From Fibrobacteria bacterium (lineage in GTDB: Bacteria; Fibrobacterota; Fibrobacteria; UBA11236), in contig JBJHDK010000001.1 in NCBI GenBank assembly GCA_050486505.1, positions 1 to 64,000 of the forward strand: a stretch of 64,000 bases of DNA, in the 5' to 3' direction. The notes under the pieces are model-generated. The model searched no databases. It was not told where the DNA came from and was given only the letters and a program-made list of their open reading frames with translations. The first letter of the stretch is position 1, and each line of letters opens with the position of its first letter. A program made the position numbers and the translations under genes. This document shows, piece by piece, positions 1 through 8,910 of this stretch.

Positions 1-692
1 TCCTGATGGAGAGCGTCTTTCACGATGCGGCCGTCGCGCACCGTGATCTGTCGTCCCGCGAAGCGGGCGATGTCGGGTTCGTGCGTGACCAGCAGGATGG
101 TGATTCCCCGCGCGTTGAGGTCCTGGAAGACTTGCATGATCTCAAGGCTCGTGCGCGTGTCGAGGTTTCCGGTGGGTTCGTCGGCGAGGATGAGGACCGG
201 ATCGTTGACCATGGAGCGCGCGATGGCGACGCGCTGCTGTTGACCTCCCGATAGCTGGTTGGGGTAGTGGTGGGCCCGGTTCGCCAGCCCCACCTTGTCG
301 AGGGCCGCGAGCGCCCGGTCGCGCGCCTCATCGGGGGACACTTCGCGACGGTAGAGCAGTGGAAGTTCCACATTCTCGAGGGCGGTGGTGCGTGCGAGCA
401 GGTTGAAGGACTGAAAGACGAAGCCGAGCTTGCGGTTGCGCACCGCGGACAGCGCATCGGCGTCGAGATCCTGCACGGGGCCGCCGTCGAGGAAATACTC
501 GCCGGACGTGGGGACATCGAGGCAGCCGAGAATGTTCATCAGGGTGGATTTCCCGGATCCGCTCGGGCCGCCCACGGCCACGAATTCTCCGCGATGGATG
601 TCGAGGTCGGCGCCGCGCAGGGCCTTCACCTCGACCTCGCCGAGCGTGTACGACTTGACCAGGTCGCGTACCGAGAGAATCGTGGCCGTCAT
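1..692 (-). CDS. ABC transporter ATP-binding protein, MacB/LolD family (partial, runs off left edge)
   Basis: Manual translation MTATILSVRDLVKSYTLGEVEVKALRG...GGPSGSGKSTLMNILGCLD (Walker A), LSGGQQQRVAIARA, ILADEPTGNLD; TGATG coupling to upstream MacA-like gene; absent from the ORF track because no stop lies in the window. Confidence 0.92.
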   Translation of the reverse strand, partial: MTATILSVRDLVKSYTLGEVEVKALRGADLDIHRGEFVAVGGPSGSGKSTLMNILGCLDVPTSGEYFLDGGPVQDLDADALSAVRNRKLGFVFQSFNLLARTTALENVELPLLYRREVSPDEARDRALAALDKVGLANRAHHYPNQLSGGQQQRVAIARSMVNDPVLILADEPTGNLDTRTSLEIMQVFQDLNARGITILLVTHEPDIARFAGRQITVRDGRIVKDALHQ

Positions 693-1861
693 CAGAAACG
701 CCGTCTTCCCTGTTGCATTCCGAATGGTGCGCCGCCCTGCCGGGCCGAACCCGCTGCCGTCATGCCCACGACGACTGCGTCGCCCGCGTTCAGCGGACCC
801 TCGACAGCGGTGCGGATCCCGTCGGAAACCCCGGCGCGCACAGGGATGCGGCGAAGCGTGCCGTTCTCGAGCACGTGCACGGCCGCCTCGCGCGCACCCG
901 GCGGCGGCCCGAAAGACGGGCCTCTCCGCGCGGCCGGGGCCTCTCCCGGAGGCGCGAAGTACAGGGCCGCCGCGGGCACGCGCAGAGCGTCCTCTTCGCG
1001 TGCGACGGTGATGGCGAGGTTCGCCGTCATGCCGGGCATGAGGCGCAGGTCGGGGTTGCGCACACGCAGGATCACGTCGTAGGTCACCACATTCTGCGTC
1101 ACGATGGGTTGCAGCCGCACTTGTTCGACCACTCCCGTGAACACGGTGTCGGGGTACGCGTCCACGGTGAAACTGGCGGTCTGGCCGTCGCGCACGCGAC
1201 CGATGTCGGCCTCGTCGACGGCGGCCTGCACGCGCATCTCGCGCAGGTCCTCGGCGATGATGAAGAGTGTGGGGGCGCTCAGGCTGGCCGCCACCGTCTG
1301 TCCGGGATCGACGTCGCGCGAGAGGACGATGCCGTCGACGGGCGACCGGATGATGGCGTAACGCAGGTTGATCTCCGCGCGCTCCACCTGCGCACGCGCG
1401 GAACTGGTGTTCGCCTCGGCGACGCTGGCTGAGGCTTCGGCCTGTTCCAGTTCCGCGCGGGAGATCAGCTCGCGCGCAAAGAGGCTGCGCGCGCGTTCAC
1501 GCTCGGCGTTGGCTTGTCGTTGCAGTGCCGTGACGCGCTGCAGCCCAGAGCGCGCGTCCTGGAGCGCGGCGTAGAGCAAGGTCGTGTCGAGGCGGGCGAT
1601 GACCTGGTTCCTGTGCACGGTGGAGTTGAAGTCCGCATAAAGGCTGGCGATGACGCCGCTCACCTGGGTGCCGACTTCCACCGTGGTGACGGCTTGCAGC
1701 GAACCGGTCGCGGTGACCGTGGCTTCCACCGATCCACGGGTCACTTCGCCGGTGCGCCATGTCGGCCCGGCATCTCCCGGCCTGAACAAGAACCATGCGA
1801 GCAGCGCCGCAGCCAGGAACAGGCCGGTGGTGATCCAAAGCGACATCGGCTTGCGTTTCAT
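692..1861 (-). CDS. Efflux RND/MacA-family periplasmic adaptor subunit
   Basis: N-terminal TM, VEVGTQVSG, IRSPVDGIVLSR, VDEADIG, LMPGMTA motifs. Confidence 0.93.
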   Translation of the reverse strand: MKRKPMSLWITTGLFLAAALLAWFLFRPGDAGPTWRTGEVTRGSVEATVTATGSLQAVTTVEVGTQVSGVIASLYADFNSTVHRNQVIARLDTTLLYAALQDARSGLQRVTALQRQANAERERARSLFARELISRAELEQAEASASVAEANTSSARAQVERAEINLRYAIIRSPVDGIVLSRDVDPGQTVAASLSAPTLFIIAEDLREMRVQAAVDEADIGRVRDGQTASFTVDAYPDTVFTGVVEQVRLQPIVTQNVVTYDVILRVRNPDLRLMPGMTANLAITVAREEDALRVPAAALYFAPPGEAPAARRGPSFGPPPGAREAAVHVLENGTLRRIPVRAGVSDGIRTAVEGPLNAGDAVVVGMTAAGSARQGGAPFGMQQGRRRF

Positions 1862-3141
1862 TCCACGGTCTCCTGACTGTGCGGCACGGGGGCCGCGAGA
1901 ACTCCGGCCAGGCGCTTCAGCGCAAGCTCGGATTGCTTGGCGGACCGGCGCGCGGAAGCGAGCCGGCTGTGGGCATCGAGGAGGCGGCGCTGGGCGTCGC
2001 GGAACTCGAGCGGGGAAGAGGCTCCCACCTGGAAGCGCTCCCGCGCGGCCTCGGCCTGGAGGATGGCGACTTCGAGGTTGCGTTCCTCCAGACCGATCTG
2101 GCGGAGCCCGCTCAGGTAGCGGGCCTCCGCCTCGGCGAAGTCGGCGAGCACTTCGTATTCCCGTTGTCGCAGCACGGTTTCCTGCTGCCGCAGCTGGATG
2201 CGTGCCCCGCCCGTCGCCTGCCGCGCGCGCAGTCCGTCGAAGAGTGGAACGGAGACGCCTACGCTGTACTGGATCCGGTCGGTTCCGGTGACGGGGCTGG
2301 CGTTGAGCGCGTCTGGGGCGGTACTGTATGAGACTCCGCCCTGCACGGCGGGAAGTCGCAGCCCGCGTGCCTCATTCAGGGAGAGCTCCGAAGCGATCCG
2401 CTGGGTGCGCGCTTCCAGCAGAACCGGATTGCGTTCAGGGATTCCGGCGCGCAGGGATTCGACCGGAAGCCCGCTTTCCACGGGGATGGAGTCCGGGACA
2501 TCGAAGAGGATTTCCGCGGATCGGCCCATCTGGAGGTTGAGCCGGATCATGGCTTCGCGCAAGGCGATTTCACCGTTCATGAGCGCGGAAGAATCGGCGT
2601 TGAGGTCCGCGAGTGATTGCAGCTGTTCCAATCGGGACCCCGCTCCGACTTCGTGGCGGGCCTGGGAGAGGCGGGCACGCTCCGCCGAAACTTCGAGCAT
2701 TTCCCGGATCGCCTCGAGCTGACGTTTTTGCAGGACGATGCCGTAGTAGGAGCCGAGGATTTCTTCGATGGCAGCTTCCACGGCAATGCGCTCGCGCAGG
2801 GCGGCTGCGTTTTCCTGCGCCTGCAGGCGGCGGTAGGCAAACCAGGACTGGAAGCCGTTGAAGATCTGGAGGTTGACGCCCGCTCCGATCGTGGTGCGCG
2901 GGTCGGTGTCCCCGTCGAATTCTCCGGAATGGCTCGCCGAGGCGGAGGCGGTGGGCAAAAACGGTCCGACTCCGGTTTGTCTGTTGAGTGTGGCGAGGTC
3001 GGCTTGGTCACGTGCGAGACTGAGTGAGAAGTTGTTCTTCAGTCCGATGCGCACTGCCTCCTCAGGAGAGAGCAGGGGAAGATCCGCCATTGCGAGCCCG
3101 GCGGCAGAAAGCATCAGGGCTGAAAGGAGCGAAGAGCGCAT
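1858..3141 (-). CDS. TolC-family outer membrane efflux protein
   Basis: Signal peptide MRSSLLSAL..., two OEP-like halves, SVPLFDG, RFQVGASSPLEFRDAQ; start chosen at the signal peptide (ORF open to 3213). Confidence 0.88.
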   Translation of the reverse strand: MRSSLLSALMLSAAGLAMADLPLLSPEEAVRIGLKNNFSLSLARDQADLATLNRQTGVGPFLPTASASASHSGEFDGDTDPRTTIGAGVNLQIFNGFQSWFAYRRLQAQENAAALRERIAVEAAIEEILGSYYGIVLQKRQLEAIREMLEVSAERARLSQARHEVGAGSRLEQLQSLADLNADSSALMNGEIALREAMIRLNLQMGRSAEILFDVPDSIPVESGLPVESLRAGIPERNPVLLEARTQRIASELSLNEARGLRLPAVQGGVSYSTAPDALNASPVTGTDRIQYSVGVSVPLFDGLRARQATGGARIQLRQQETVLRQREYEVLADFAEAEARYLSGLRQIGLEERNLEVAILQAEAARERFQVGASSPLEFRDAQRRLLDAHSRLASARRSAKQSELALKRLAGVLAAPVPHSQETVE

Positions 3142-3263
3142 GCCGGGCTTTCGGTTCCGCCCCGGGGACGGAGCGGCAGCAAACGTGGGGAGTGGAGGAC
3201 CAAAAGTATCCAAGAGAGGGAGGGTTCCGGCGGGAAAATGTGCCGGAACCCACGTTGGAACGC

Positions 3264-3857
3264 TTAATACCCGCTTTGTCCGCGCCCTTCCCTGCGCTCG
3301 CTCCGTTCTTGCGAGTCACCGTCACGCTTCTTCTCCGAGCGTTCCTTCATCTTCGCCCGCCGCTCTTCCATTTTGTCGGCAAGCTTCGTGCGCTGTTCGG
3401 GAGTCAGCACGGCATGAAGTTCCGCGAATGTTTGCACGTGTGCAACGTGATGGGCGCGCGCACGTTCCGAGCCTTCCGCGAGGGCGCGGTTCAGGGCCGC
3501 CGTATCGACGGTGGCGGCGCGCATCTGGGCGACGAATGCCTCATGGACGGGAAGCATCGAGCGGTGTCCGTACCCGTGGCGCTTGCCTTCGCCGTCTTTC
3601 TTCTCTTTCTTCTTCGCGTCGTCCTTCTTGTACCCGGCGTGGGCCTCGGCGCGCTTCGCGAAGATTTCCTTCACGGAGGCGGCTTGCTCGGCCGTGAGTT
3701 CAAGCTCCTTGGTCAACCGCTCGACCATGCGTTCCGTGTGTTTCCCGGACTTTTTGTCGGCATGGGCCTCACCGCCTCCGTGGCTGCCTGCGACGGCGAG
3801 GGAGGCGGTGAGGAGGAAAACGGCCGCGGGGGCGGCGAGGCGAAGTGTCGTGATCAT
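3264..3857 (-). CDS. Spy/CpxP-family periplasmic chaperone
   Basis: Signal peptide; LELTAEQ and VLTPEQR motifs; charged helical composition. Confidence 0.8.
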   Translation of the reverse strand: MITTLRLAAPAAVFLLTASLAVAGSHGGGEAHADKKSGKHTERMVERLTKELELTAEQAASVKEIFAKRAEAHAGYKKDDAKKKEKKDGEGKRHGYGHRSMLPVHEAFVAQMRAATVDTAALNRALAEGSERARAHHVAHVQTFAELHAVLTPEQRTKLADKMEERRAKMKERSEKKRDGDSQERSERREGRGQSGY

Positions 3858-4005
3858 GGCGTATCCTTTCGACGGATGTTGTGTTCCGGGCGGGGAAGAT
3901 ACACGTGGGGTCTTGCGGGAGACTGACAAGGCCGTAACGGATGGTAACGAAGCGAGGCGGAGTCGGGTGCCGGGCGACGGGAGATTCCGGAGTGCCCCAA
4001 AGCAA

Positions 4006-4031
4006 AGGGGCGACCCCGAAGGATCGCCCCT
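4006..4031 (-). terminator. Hairpin downstream of tRNA-Leu (probable terminator, REP-like sequence)
   Basis: AGGGGCGA..TCGCCCCT stem followed by TTTGCTTT on the minus strand. Confidence 0.6.
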
Positions 4032-4041
4032 GTCAAAACCT

Positions 4042-4128
4042 TGGTGCCCGAGGGCAGACTTGAACTGCCATGACCTTGCGGCCACTAGAACCTGAATCTA
4101 GCGTGTCTACCAATTTCACCACCCGGGC
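4042..4128 (-). tRNA. tRNA-Leu(CAG)
   Basis: GCCCGGGTGGTGAAATTGGTAGACACG; anticodon arm CTAGA-TTCAGGT-TCTAG; long variable arm; GTTCAAGTC; CCA end. Confidence 0.96.
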
Positions 4129-4194
4129 ACGAGTGGAGCGGCAAAGGTCGAAAAACGGGGGGGTGGTGTCAATAGGACATGGGGAGGGAAATTG

Positions 4195-4268
4195 CGGGCG
4201 ACCCACCGGGTCGCCCGTACATTTCTTCGATGACGCTCGGATGTAGGGGCGATTCGGCGAGTCGCCCG
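4195..4268. repeat. Pair of GTAG/GTAC-type REP-like palindromes
   Basis: GGGCGACCCACCGGGTCGCCCGTACA and TGTAGGGGCGATTCGGCGAGTCGCCC; same GGGCGA..TCGCCC core as 46160-46400. Confidence 0.6.
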
Positions 4269-4301
4269 AAGGATCCTTCGTTCTGCAGCGAAGCCGAGAC
4301 C

Positions 4302-4700
4302 TCAGAGCCTGCCGAGAAGCCCCCCCACCCGCTCCCTGATCTCGTCCCGCACGCCGCGGAATTCCTCCGGCTCCATGTTCCGGGGGTCGGGCAGGGCCCA
4401 ATCCTCGTGGATGCGCCCCTCGACGAACGGGCAGGCATCGCCGCAGCCCATGGTCACCACCGCGTCGTATCCCGTGTGCGGCACCTCGTCGAGCGACTTG
4501 GAGTCGTGCGTGGTGAGGTCGTAGCCGAGTTCCTTCATGGCCGCGATGGCCTTGGGGTTGACCACGCCCGAGGGGCGCGACCCGGCGCTGTACGCCTCCA
4601 CCGCGTCGCCGCCCAGGATGCGTGCGAAGGCCTGTGCCATCTGGCTGCGGTTGCTGTTCTCGACGCAGACGAAGAGGAGTTTCTTTTTGGGGGTGTTCAT
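4302..4700 (-). CDS. arsC: Arsenate reductase, thioredoxin-dependent LMW-PTP family
   Basis: [12 protein letters not shown]-loop, [16 protein letters not shown]; operon with acr3 and arsR. Confidence 0.9.
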   Translation of the reverse strand: MNTPKKKLLFVCVENSNRSQMAQAFARILGGDAVEAYSAGSRPSGVVNPKAIAAMKELGYDLTTHDSKSLDEVPHTGYDAVVTMGCGDACPFVEGRIHEDWALPDPRNMEPEEFRGVRDEIRERVGGLLGRL

Positions 4701-5842
4701 GGATTCTGCTCCGTGGAAGGGGTTTCTGCGGGAAAAAACTTGCGGCGGAACCAGAGCGAAACGTGCACCAGCCCGATGAGGGCAGGGACTTCGACCAGCG
4801 GGCCGACCACGGCCGCCAGCGCCACGCCCGAGTCGATGCCGAACACGCCGATGGCCACGGCGATGGCGAGCTCGAAGTTGTTGCCAGCGGCGGTGAACGA
4901 CAAGGTCGCCGTGCGCGGATAGTCGGCGCCGAAGCGGCGGCCCATCCAGAAGCTGACGAAGAACATGATCACGAAATACAGCGCCAGCGGCACGGCGATG
5001 CGAAAGACGTCGAGAGGAATCTGGATGATGGTTTCACCCTTGAAGGTGAACATCACGAGGATGGTGAACAACAGGGCGATCAGGGTGATCGGCGCCACGC
5101 GCGGGATGAAGCGTTTCTCGTACCATTCGCGTCCCCTTGCGCGCATGAGCCACATCCGTCCCAATGCGCCTGCCGCGAAGGGGAGGCCGAGGTAGAGCAT
5201 CACGTTCGCGAAAATCTCGCCCACCCCCACATCCACGGCCGTGCCCTGAAGGCCGAGCAGGGGCGGGAGGAAGGCCGCGAAGAACCAGGCGTAGAGTCCG
5301 AAAAAGAGCACCTGAAACACGCTGTTCAGGGCCACCAGTCCCGCCGCGTATTCCCCGCTGCCGCGCGCGAGCTGGTTCCAGACCAGTACCATGGCGATGC
5401 AGCGCGCGATGCCGACCAGGATCAGCCCCGTCATGTATTCAGGCTTGTCGTGCAGGAAGATCACCGCCAGGGCGAACATGACCACGGGCCCGATGATCCA
5501 GTTCTGCACCAGCGAAAGCCCCAGGATGCGTCGGTCCGCGAAGACCTTCCCCATCTCCTCGTAGCGCACGCGCGCCAACGGGGGGTACATCATCAGGATC
5601 AACCCGATGGCGATGGGGATGCTGGTCGTCCCCACGCTGGTCCGGGACACGGCCTCGCTCGCGGCGGAGGGAAAGAAATGCCCGATGGCGACACCCCCCG
5701 CCATGGCGAGGAAGATCCAGAGGGTGAGGTGGCGATCGAGGAAGGACAGGCGGCCGGGAGGCTCTTCTCCCGGCGCGCAGGGGGTGCCTCCGGAATGTTC
5801 CGGCGGATTTTTTACCGGTTGCAGCAGGAACCCCCGCAGCAA
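4697..5842 (-). CDS. acr3: Arsenite efflux transporter, Acr3 family (start uncertain)
   Basis: [50 protein letters not shown]. Confidence 0.95.
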   Translation of the reverse strand: MLRGFLLQPVKNPPEHSGGTPCAPGEEPPGRLSFLDRHLTLWIFLAMAGGVAIGHFFPSAASEAVSRTSVGTTSIPIAIGLILMMYPPLARVRYEEMGKVFADRRILGLSLVQNWIIGPVVMFALAVIFLHDKPEYMTGLILVGIARCIAMVLVWNQLARGSGEYAAGLVALNSVFQVLFFGLYAWFFAAFLPPLLGLQGTAVDVGVGEIFANVMLYLGLPFAAGALGRMWLMRARGREWYEKRFIPRVAPITLIALLFTILVMFTFKGETIIQIPLDVFRIAVPLALYFVIMFFVSFWMGRRFGADYPRTATLSFTAAGNNFELAIAVAIGVFGIDSGVALAAVVGPLVEVPALIGLVHVSLWFRRKFFPAETPSTEQNP

Positions 5843-5913
5843 TCATCCGGCCCGGATCCGGGACAGCACACTTTCGCCGCGAGGTTGCGGAACCATGATT
5901 TGATCGTGTTCAT
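5812..5913 (-). CDS. Small Cys-rich peptide (33 aa, three CC pairs), putative metalloid-binding
   Basis: [43 protein letters not shown] upstream of the ATG; lies between arsR and acr3. Confidence 0.6.
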   Translation of the reverse strand: MNTIKSWFRNLAAKVCCPGSGPDDCCGGSCCNR

Positions 5914-5946
5914 TGCGTTCTCCTTCATTGGGGTGGATCTCATGCG

Positions 5947-6279
5947 TCAGCAGCAGGCTGCCGCGTCTTTCTGGATTCCTGCGGCGAGGGTTGCCAGCGC
6001 TCCCGCCGCGGCGGCGAACGCCTTCGCATCGATGCAGTAGCAGGTACGCGGCCCCTCGATTTCTCCCTGGATCAGTCCGACGTCCTTCAGTGCCTTGAGG
6101 TGCTGGGATACGGTGGATTGGGACAAGGGAAGGTCGTGGACGATTTCGCCGCAGATGCAGGTCCCGCGCTTCGCCAGCAAGCGAAGGATGGCGATGCGGG
6201 CAGGATGGCCCAAGGCCTTGGCCACGTCGGCCAAGCGTTGGTCCGCGGCGGGGAATTCGGTGTCTTTGCGTAGGGCCAT
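5947..6279 (-). CDS. arsR: ArsR/SmtB-family repressor
   Basis: KALGHPARIAIL, CICGEIV, LSQSTVSQHLKALK, C-terminal CC. Confidence 0.93.
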   Translation of the reverse strand: MALRKDTEFPAADQRLADVAKALGHPARIAILRLLAKRGTCICGEIVHDLPLSQSTVSQHLKALKDVGLIQGEIEGPRTCYCIDAKAFAAAAGALATLAAGIQKDAAACC

Positions 6280-6302
6280 GGGAAACCTGCTTCGAAACGT
6301 AT

Positions 6303-6336
6303 ATCGTAAATATACGATTAAAGGGGCGGAAGTCAA
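6303..6336 (-). promoter_or_regulatory. Putative ars promoter with ArsR operator
   Basis: Minus strand TTGACT-16-TATATT; inverted repeat ATCGTA-AATA-TACGAT (6303-6318) overlaps the -10. Confidence 0.6.
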
Positions 6337-6348
6337 TGGGGAGGGGGG

Positions 6349-6466
6349 GACAGTGCACAGTGAACAGTGGACAGTGGACAATGGGCAGTAGGTAATGGGA
6401 AGCGGGAGATTGGAAGAGGGCAGTACAACAATACAGCAGTACAGCAATAGAACAATGCAACAATGG
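6349..6466. repeat. Short tandem heptamer/octamer array (ACAGTGG / ACAATGCA type)
   Basis: acagtgc-acagtga-acagtgg-acagtgg-acaatgg; shares the exact 22-mer gcaatagaacaatgcaacaatg with the array near 44077. Confidence 0.8.
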
Positions 6467-6643
6467 CGTGATGGGGCGATGGGGGGATGCGACGTAAGGA
6501 GAGTCTGTTGGGGGACTGTGGTACAGGAACAAACAGGACGCGGCAATCGGGTGGGGAGGGGTTTGAAACGGAACGGCAACTCTCGGCCGGTAGATTCGTC
6601 GGGCACCAAGAACCGAAGAGAAAATGCAAGGGAAGGTCCCGTC

Positions 6644-7189
6644 ATGAACCCGGTCCCCAAACGCAGAAGCGCCTCAGGCGCGCACCCCCGTCCCAATTTC
6701 CCTGCCTTTCATGAGGAAGGTTTTGCCCTCACGCTGGAGGAAGCGGGTGATCCTGCGGAATCATTTTCTGCATTGCGCGCGCACTCGAACTCCGGGAAGC
6801 CCTTGCCGCTTTGGCGCCTCGCCTGTCGCACCGATTCCGGGGTACTGGCCGGGGGGCTTGCGCTGGCGTTTCCCGAGCGTGACGATACGCCCTCGCCGCG
6901 TCATCTGCCGCACCCGGTGCTGGGGGAATGGATCAGCGCCTTGCGCTACACCGGGCATGGTTGGGTGGAAACCGGTTCACCCGTCGTGATGGCGGGATAC
7001 TCCGAGGAGCGGGTCACCGGAGCGCTATGGACGGGATTGCAGCGCATCTTGAGGCGCAACGGGATCCATTTTCTTGTCGGGGTGGCGCCGTCAGGATCGA
7101 TGGCGCTGGAGATCGCGGTGCAGCGTGGTGCGCGATTGCTTGAGGTGCATGCCGACGCTCCCTCGCGGCATTTTCTCTACGTGGAGTAG
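6644..7189 (+). CDS. Hypothetical protein, degenerate GNAT/OlsB-like N-acyltransferase fold
   Basis: WVETGSPVVMAGY...LWTGLQRILRRNGIHFLVG resembles the ELGRSFV..Y..LW.GI..YL...YLFG motif. Confidence 0.45.
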   Translation: MNPVPKRRSASGAHPRPNFPAFHEEGFALTLEEAGDPAESFSALRAHSNSGKPLPLWRLACRTDSGVLAGGLALAFPERDDTPSPRHLPHPVLGEWISALRYTGHGWVETGSPVVMAGYSEERVTGALWTGLQRILRRNGIHFLVGVAPSGSMALEIAVQRGARLLEVHADAPSRHFLYVE

Positions 7190-7213
7190 GGGGCCGCGCA
7201 CGCGGGGCGCATG

Positions 7214-7245
7214 GTGTAGGGGCAAATAATCATTTGCCCCTACAC
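7214..7245. repeat. Perfect GTAG-type palindrome (REP-like) upstream of thyA
   Basis: GTGTAGGGGCAAAT-AATC-ATTTGCCCCTACAC, 14-bp arms. Confidence 0.75.
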
Positions 7246-7265
7246 GTATCTACATTGGGCCGACC

Positions 7266-8084
7266 ATGCGCCCCTACCTCGACCAGCTGCGTGAGATCCT
7301 CGAAAAAGGCGAAAAAAAGGAAGACCGGACCGGCACGGGGACGATCTCTCTGTTCGGGATGCAGGCGAAGTACGACCTGCGCGACGGGTTCCCCCTGGTC
7401 ACGACCAAGAAGGTGCTGTTCAACGCCGTCGTACGCGAACTTCTGTGGTTCATCAACGGGCGTACCAACATCCACGACGACGACCTGACGAAGCACACCC
7501 CCATCTGGGACGCGTGGGCCGACGAGAACGGTGAACTGGGTCCGATCTATGGCTACCAGTGGCGTTCGTGGCCGCGCTACGAGGAAGACCCGGCGTCAGG
7601 GTTGTACCGCAAGACGCATGTCGACCAGTTGCGCGAGGTGATTAGCCAGATCAAGAACAACCCCGATTCGCGCCGCCTCATCGTCTCCGCCTGGAACGTC
7701 TCCGACATCCCGCGCATGAAGCTGCCGCCCTGCCACGCGTTCTTCCAGTTCTATGTCGTGAACGGGCGGCTCGACCTGCAGCTCTACCAACGCTCCGCCG
7801 ACATGGCGCTGGGCGTCCCCTTCAACATCGCTTCGTATGCACTGTTGCTGCAAATGGTGGCGCAGGAATGCGGCCTCACGCCCGGCATCTTCACTCACAC
7901 GCTCGGTGATGCGCACATCTACCTCAATCATGTGGACGGCATCCGCGAGCAGCTCACGCGTGACCCGAAGCAGCTTCCCACGGTCAGGATCGTGAACAAG
8001 TCGCTGTTTGATCTCACCTTCGAGGACATCGAACTGGTCGGGTATCAGCACCACCCGTTCATCAAGTTCCCGGTGGCGGTGTGA
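7266..8084 (+). CDS. thyA: Thymidylate synthase
   Basis: [53 protein letters not shown]. Confidence 0.98.
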   Translation: MRPYLDQLREILEKGEKKEDRTGTGTISLFGMQAKYDLRDGFPLVTTKKVLFNAVVRELLWFINGRTNIHDDDLTKHTPIWDAWADENGELGPIYGYQWRSWPRYEEDPASGLYRKTHVDQLREVISQIKNNPDSRRLIVSAWNVSDIPRMKLPPCHAFFQFYVVNGRLDLQLYQRSADMALGVPFNIASYALLLQMVAQECGLTPGIFTHTLGDAHIYLNHVDGIREQLTRDPKQLPTVRIVNKSLFDLTFEDIELVGYQHHPFIKFPVAV

Positions 8085-8087
8085 TGG

Positions 8088-8118
8088 GAGTTACGAGTTA
8101 CGAGTTACGAGTTACGAA
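8088..8118 (+). repeat. Heptamer tandem array (TTACGAG)x4
   Basis: gagttacgagttacgagttacgagttacgaa. Confidence 0.85.
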
Positions 8119-8139
8119 TGAAAAGCCCGGGCGGTGCTT

Positions 8140-8820
8140 ATGATGACCGAAGGTGGAAAGGTCGGAGAGCGTGGGTTTTCCGTCATTGTGGCGATGGATC
8201 GCAAGCGGGGGATCGGGAAGGGCGGAGCGTTGCCCTGGAAGCTTTCCGGCGACATGCGGTTCTTCAAGGAACTGACGACATGTCCCGACAGCGAGGCGGT
8301 GGAGAAGAGGTGGGGGTTGGCATCCGGTGACGCTTCGTCGAGGGATTCCGGTACGGTGCACCACTGGGATGAGGTGCGCGAGATGCTCAAGTTCGCGCAT
8401 CCGCTCCCGACTGCAGAGATTCTGAACGTCGTGATCATGGGGCGAAAGACGTGGGACAGCTTGCCCGAGTCATACAAGCCGCTTCCGGGGCGCACCAATG
8501 TCGTGCTGACCGGAAACCCCGCAGGACACGCGATGCTCAAGTCGAAGCAGGTCCATGTGCACGGGGGACTGCGCTTGGCGTTATCCGGAGTTTCGTCGTC
8601 GGACGGGGATGCGCCTCGTCATGTGATCGGAGGTGCGCAGGTGTACGCCGTCGCGCTCGCTGACCCCGCCTGCGCCCACCTCTACATCACCGAGATCGAC
8701 GCGGAGTTTCCGTGCGACACCTTCTTCCCCGAGACTCCGGATTTCCGCCCCGTCGTCGCGTCTCCGTGGATCGAGGAGCACGGGATCCGCTACCGCTTCC
8801 GTCGGTACGACCGGGTCTAG
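8140..8820 (+). CDS. folA: Dihydrofolate reductase with internal insertion
   Basis: GIGKGGALPWKLSGDMRFFKELTT, NVVIMGRKTWDSLP, PLPGRTNVVLT, VIGGAQVY, CDTFFP; follows thyA. Confidence 0.93.
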   Translation: MMTEGGKVGERGFSVIVAMDRKRGIGKGGALPWKLSGDMRFFKELTTCPDSEAVEKRWGLASGDASSRDSGTVHHWDEVREMLKFAHPLPTAEILNVVIMGRKTWDSLPESYKPLPGRTNVVLTGNPAGHAMLKSKQVHVHGGLRLALSGVSSSDGDAPRHVIGGAQVYAVALADPACAHLYITEIDAEFPCDTFFPETPDFRPVVASPWIEEHGIRYRFRRYDRV

Positions 8821-8871
8821 ACCCAAGGTCTGCGCATCGGCGGGGAGCCCCCTCCGACATTTTCCGCTTCC

Positions 8872-8902
8872 ATTCGTAATTCGTAATTCTCAATTCGTAA
8901 TT
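8872..8902 (-). repeat. Heptamer tandem array (TTCGTAA/TTCTCAA), inverted relative to 8088 array
   Basis: attcgtaattcgtaattctcaattcgtaatt. Confidence 0.85.
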
Positions 8903-8910
8903 TTGCGCCT

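Noticed and set aside
1..3141. MacAB-TolC as part of the macrolide-responsive system
   Set aside because: A generic family with broad substrates, about 37 kb away, and I saw no MphR-type operator upstream.
6333..6696. ORFs or N-terminal extensions reading VHCSLFTVHC or YELRITN (also at 8687, 43967 and 44058)
   Set aside because: These are translations of heptamer repeats, not proteins; starts of arsR and murI were trimmed accordingly.
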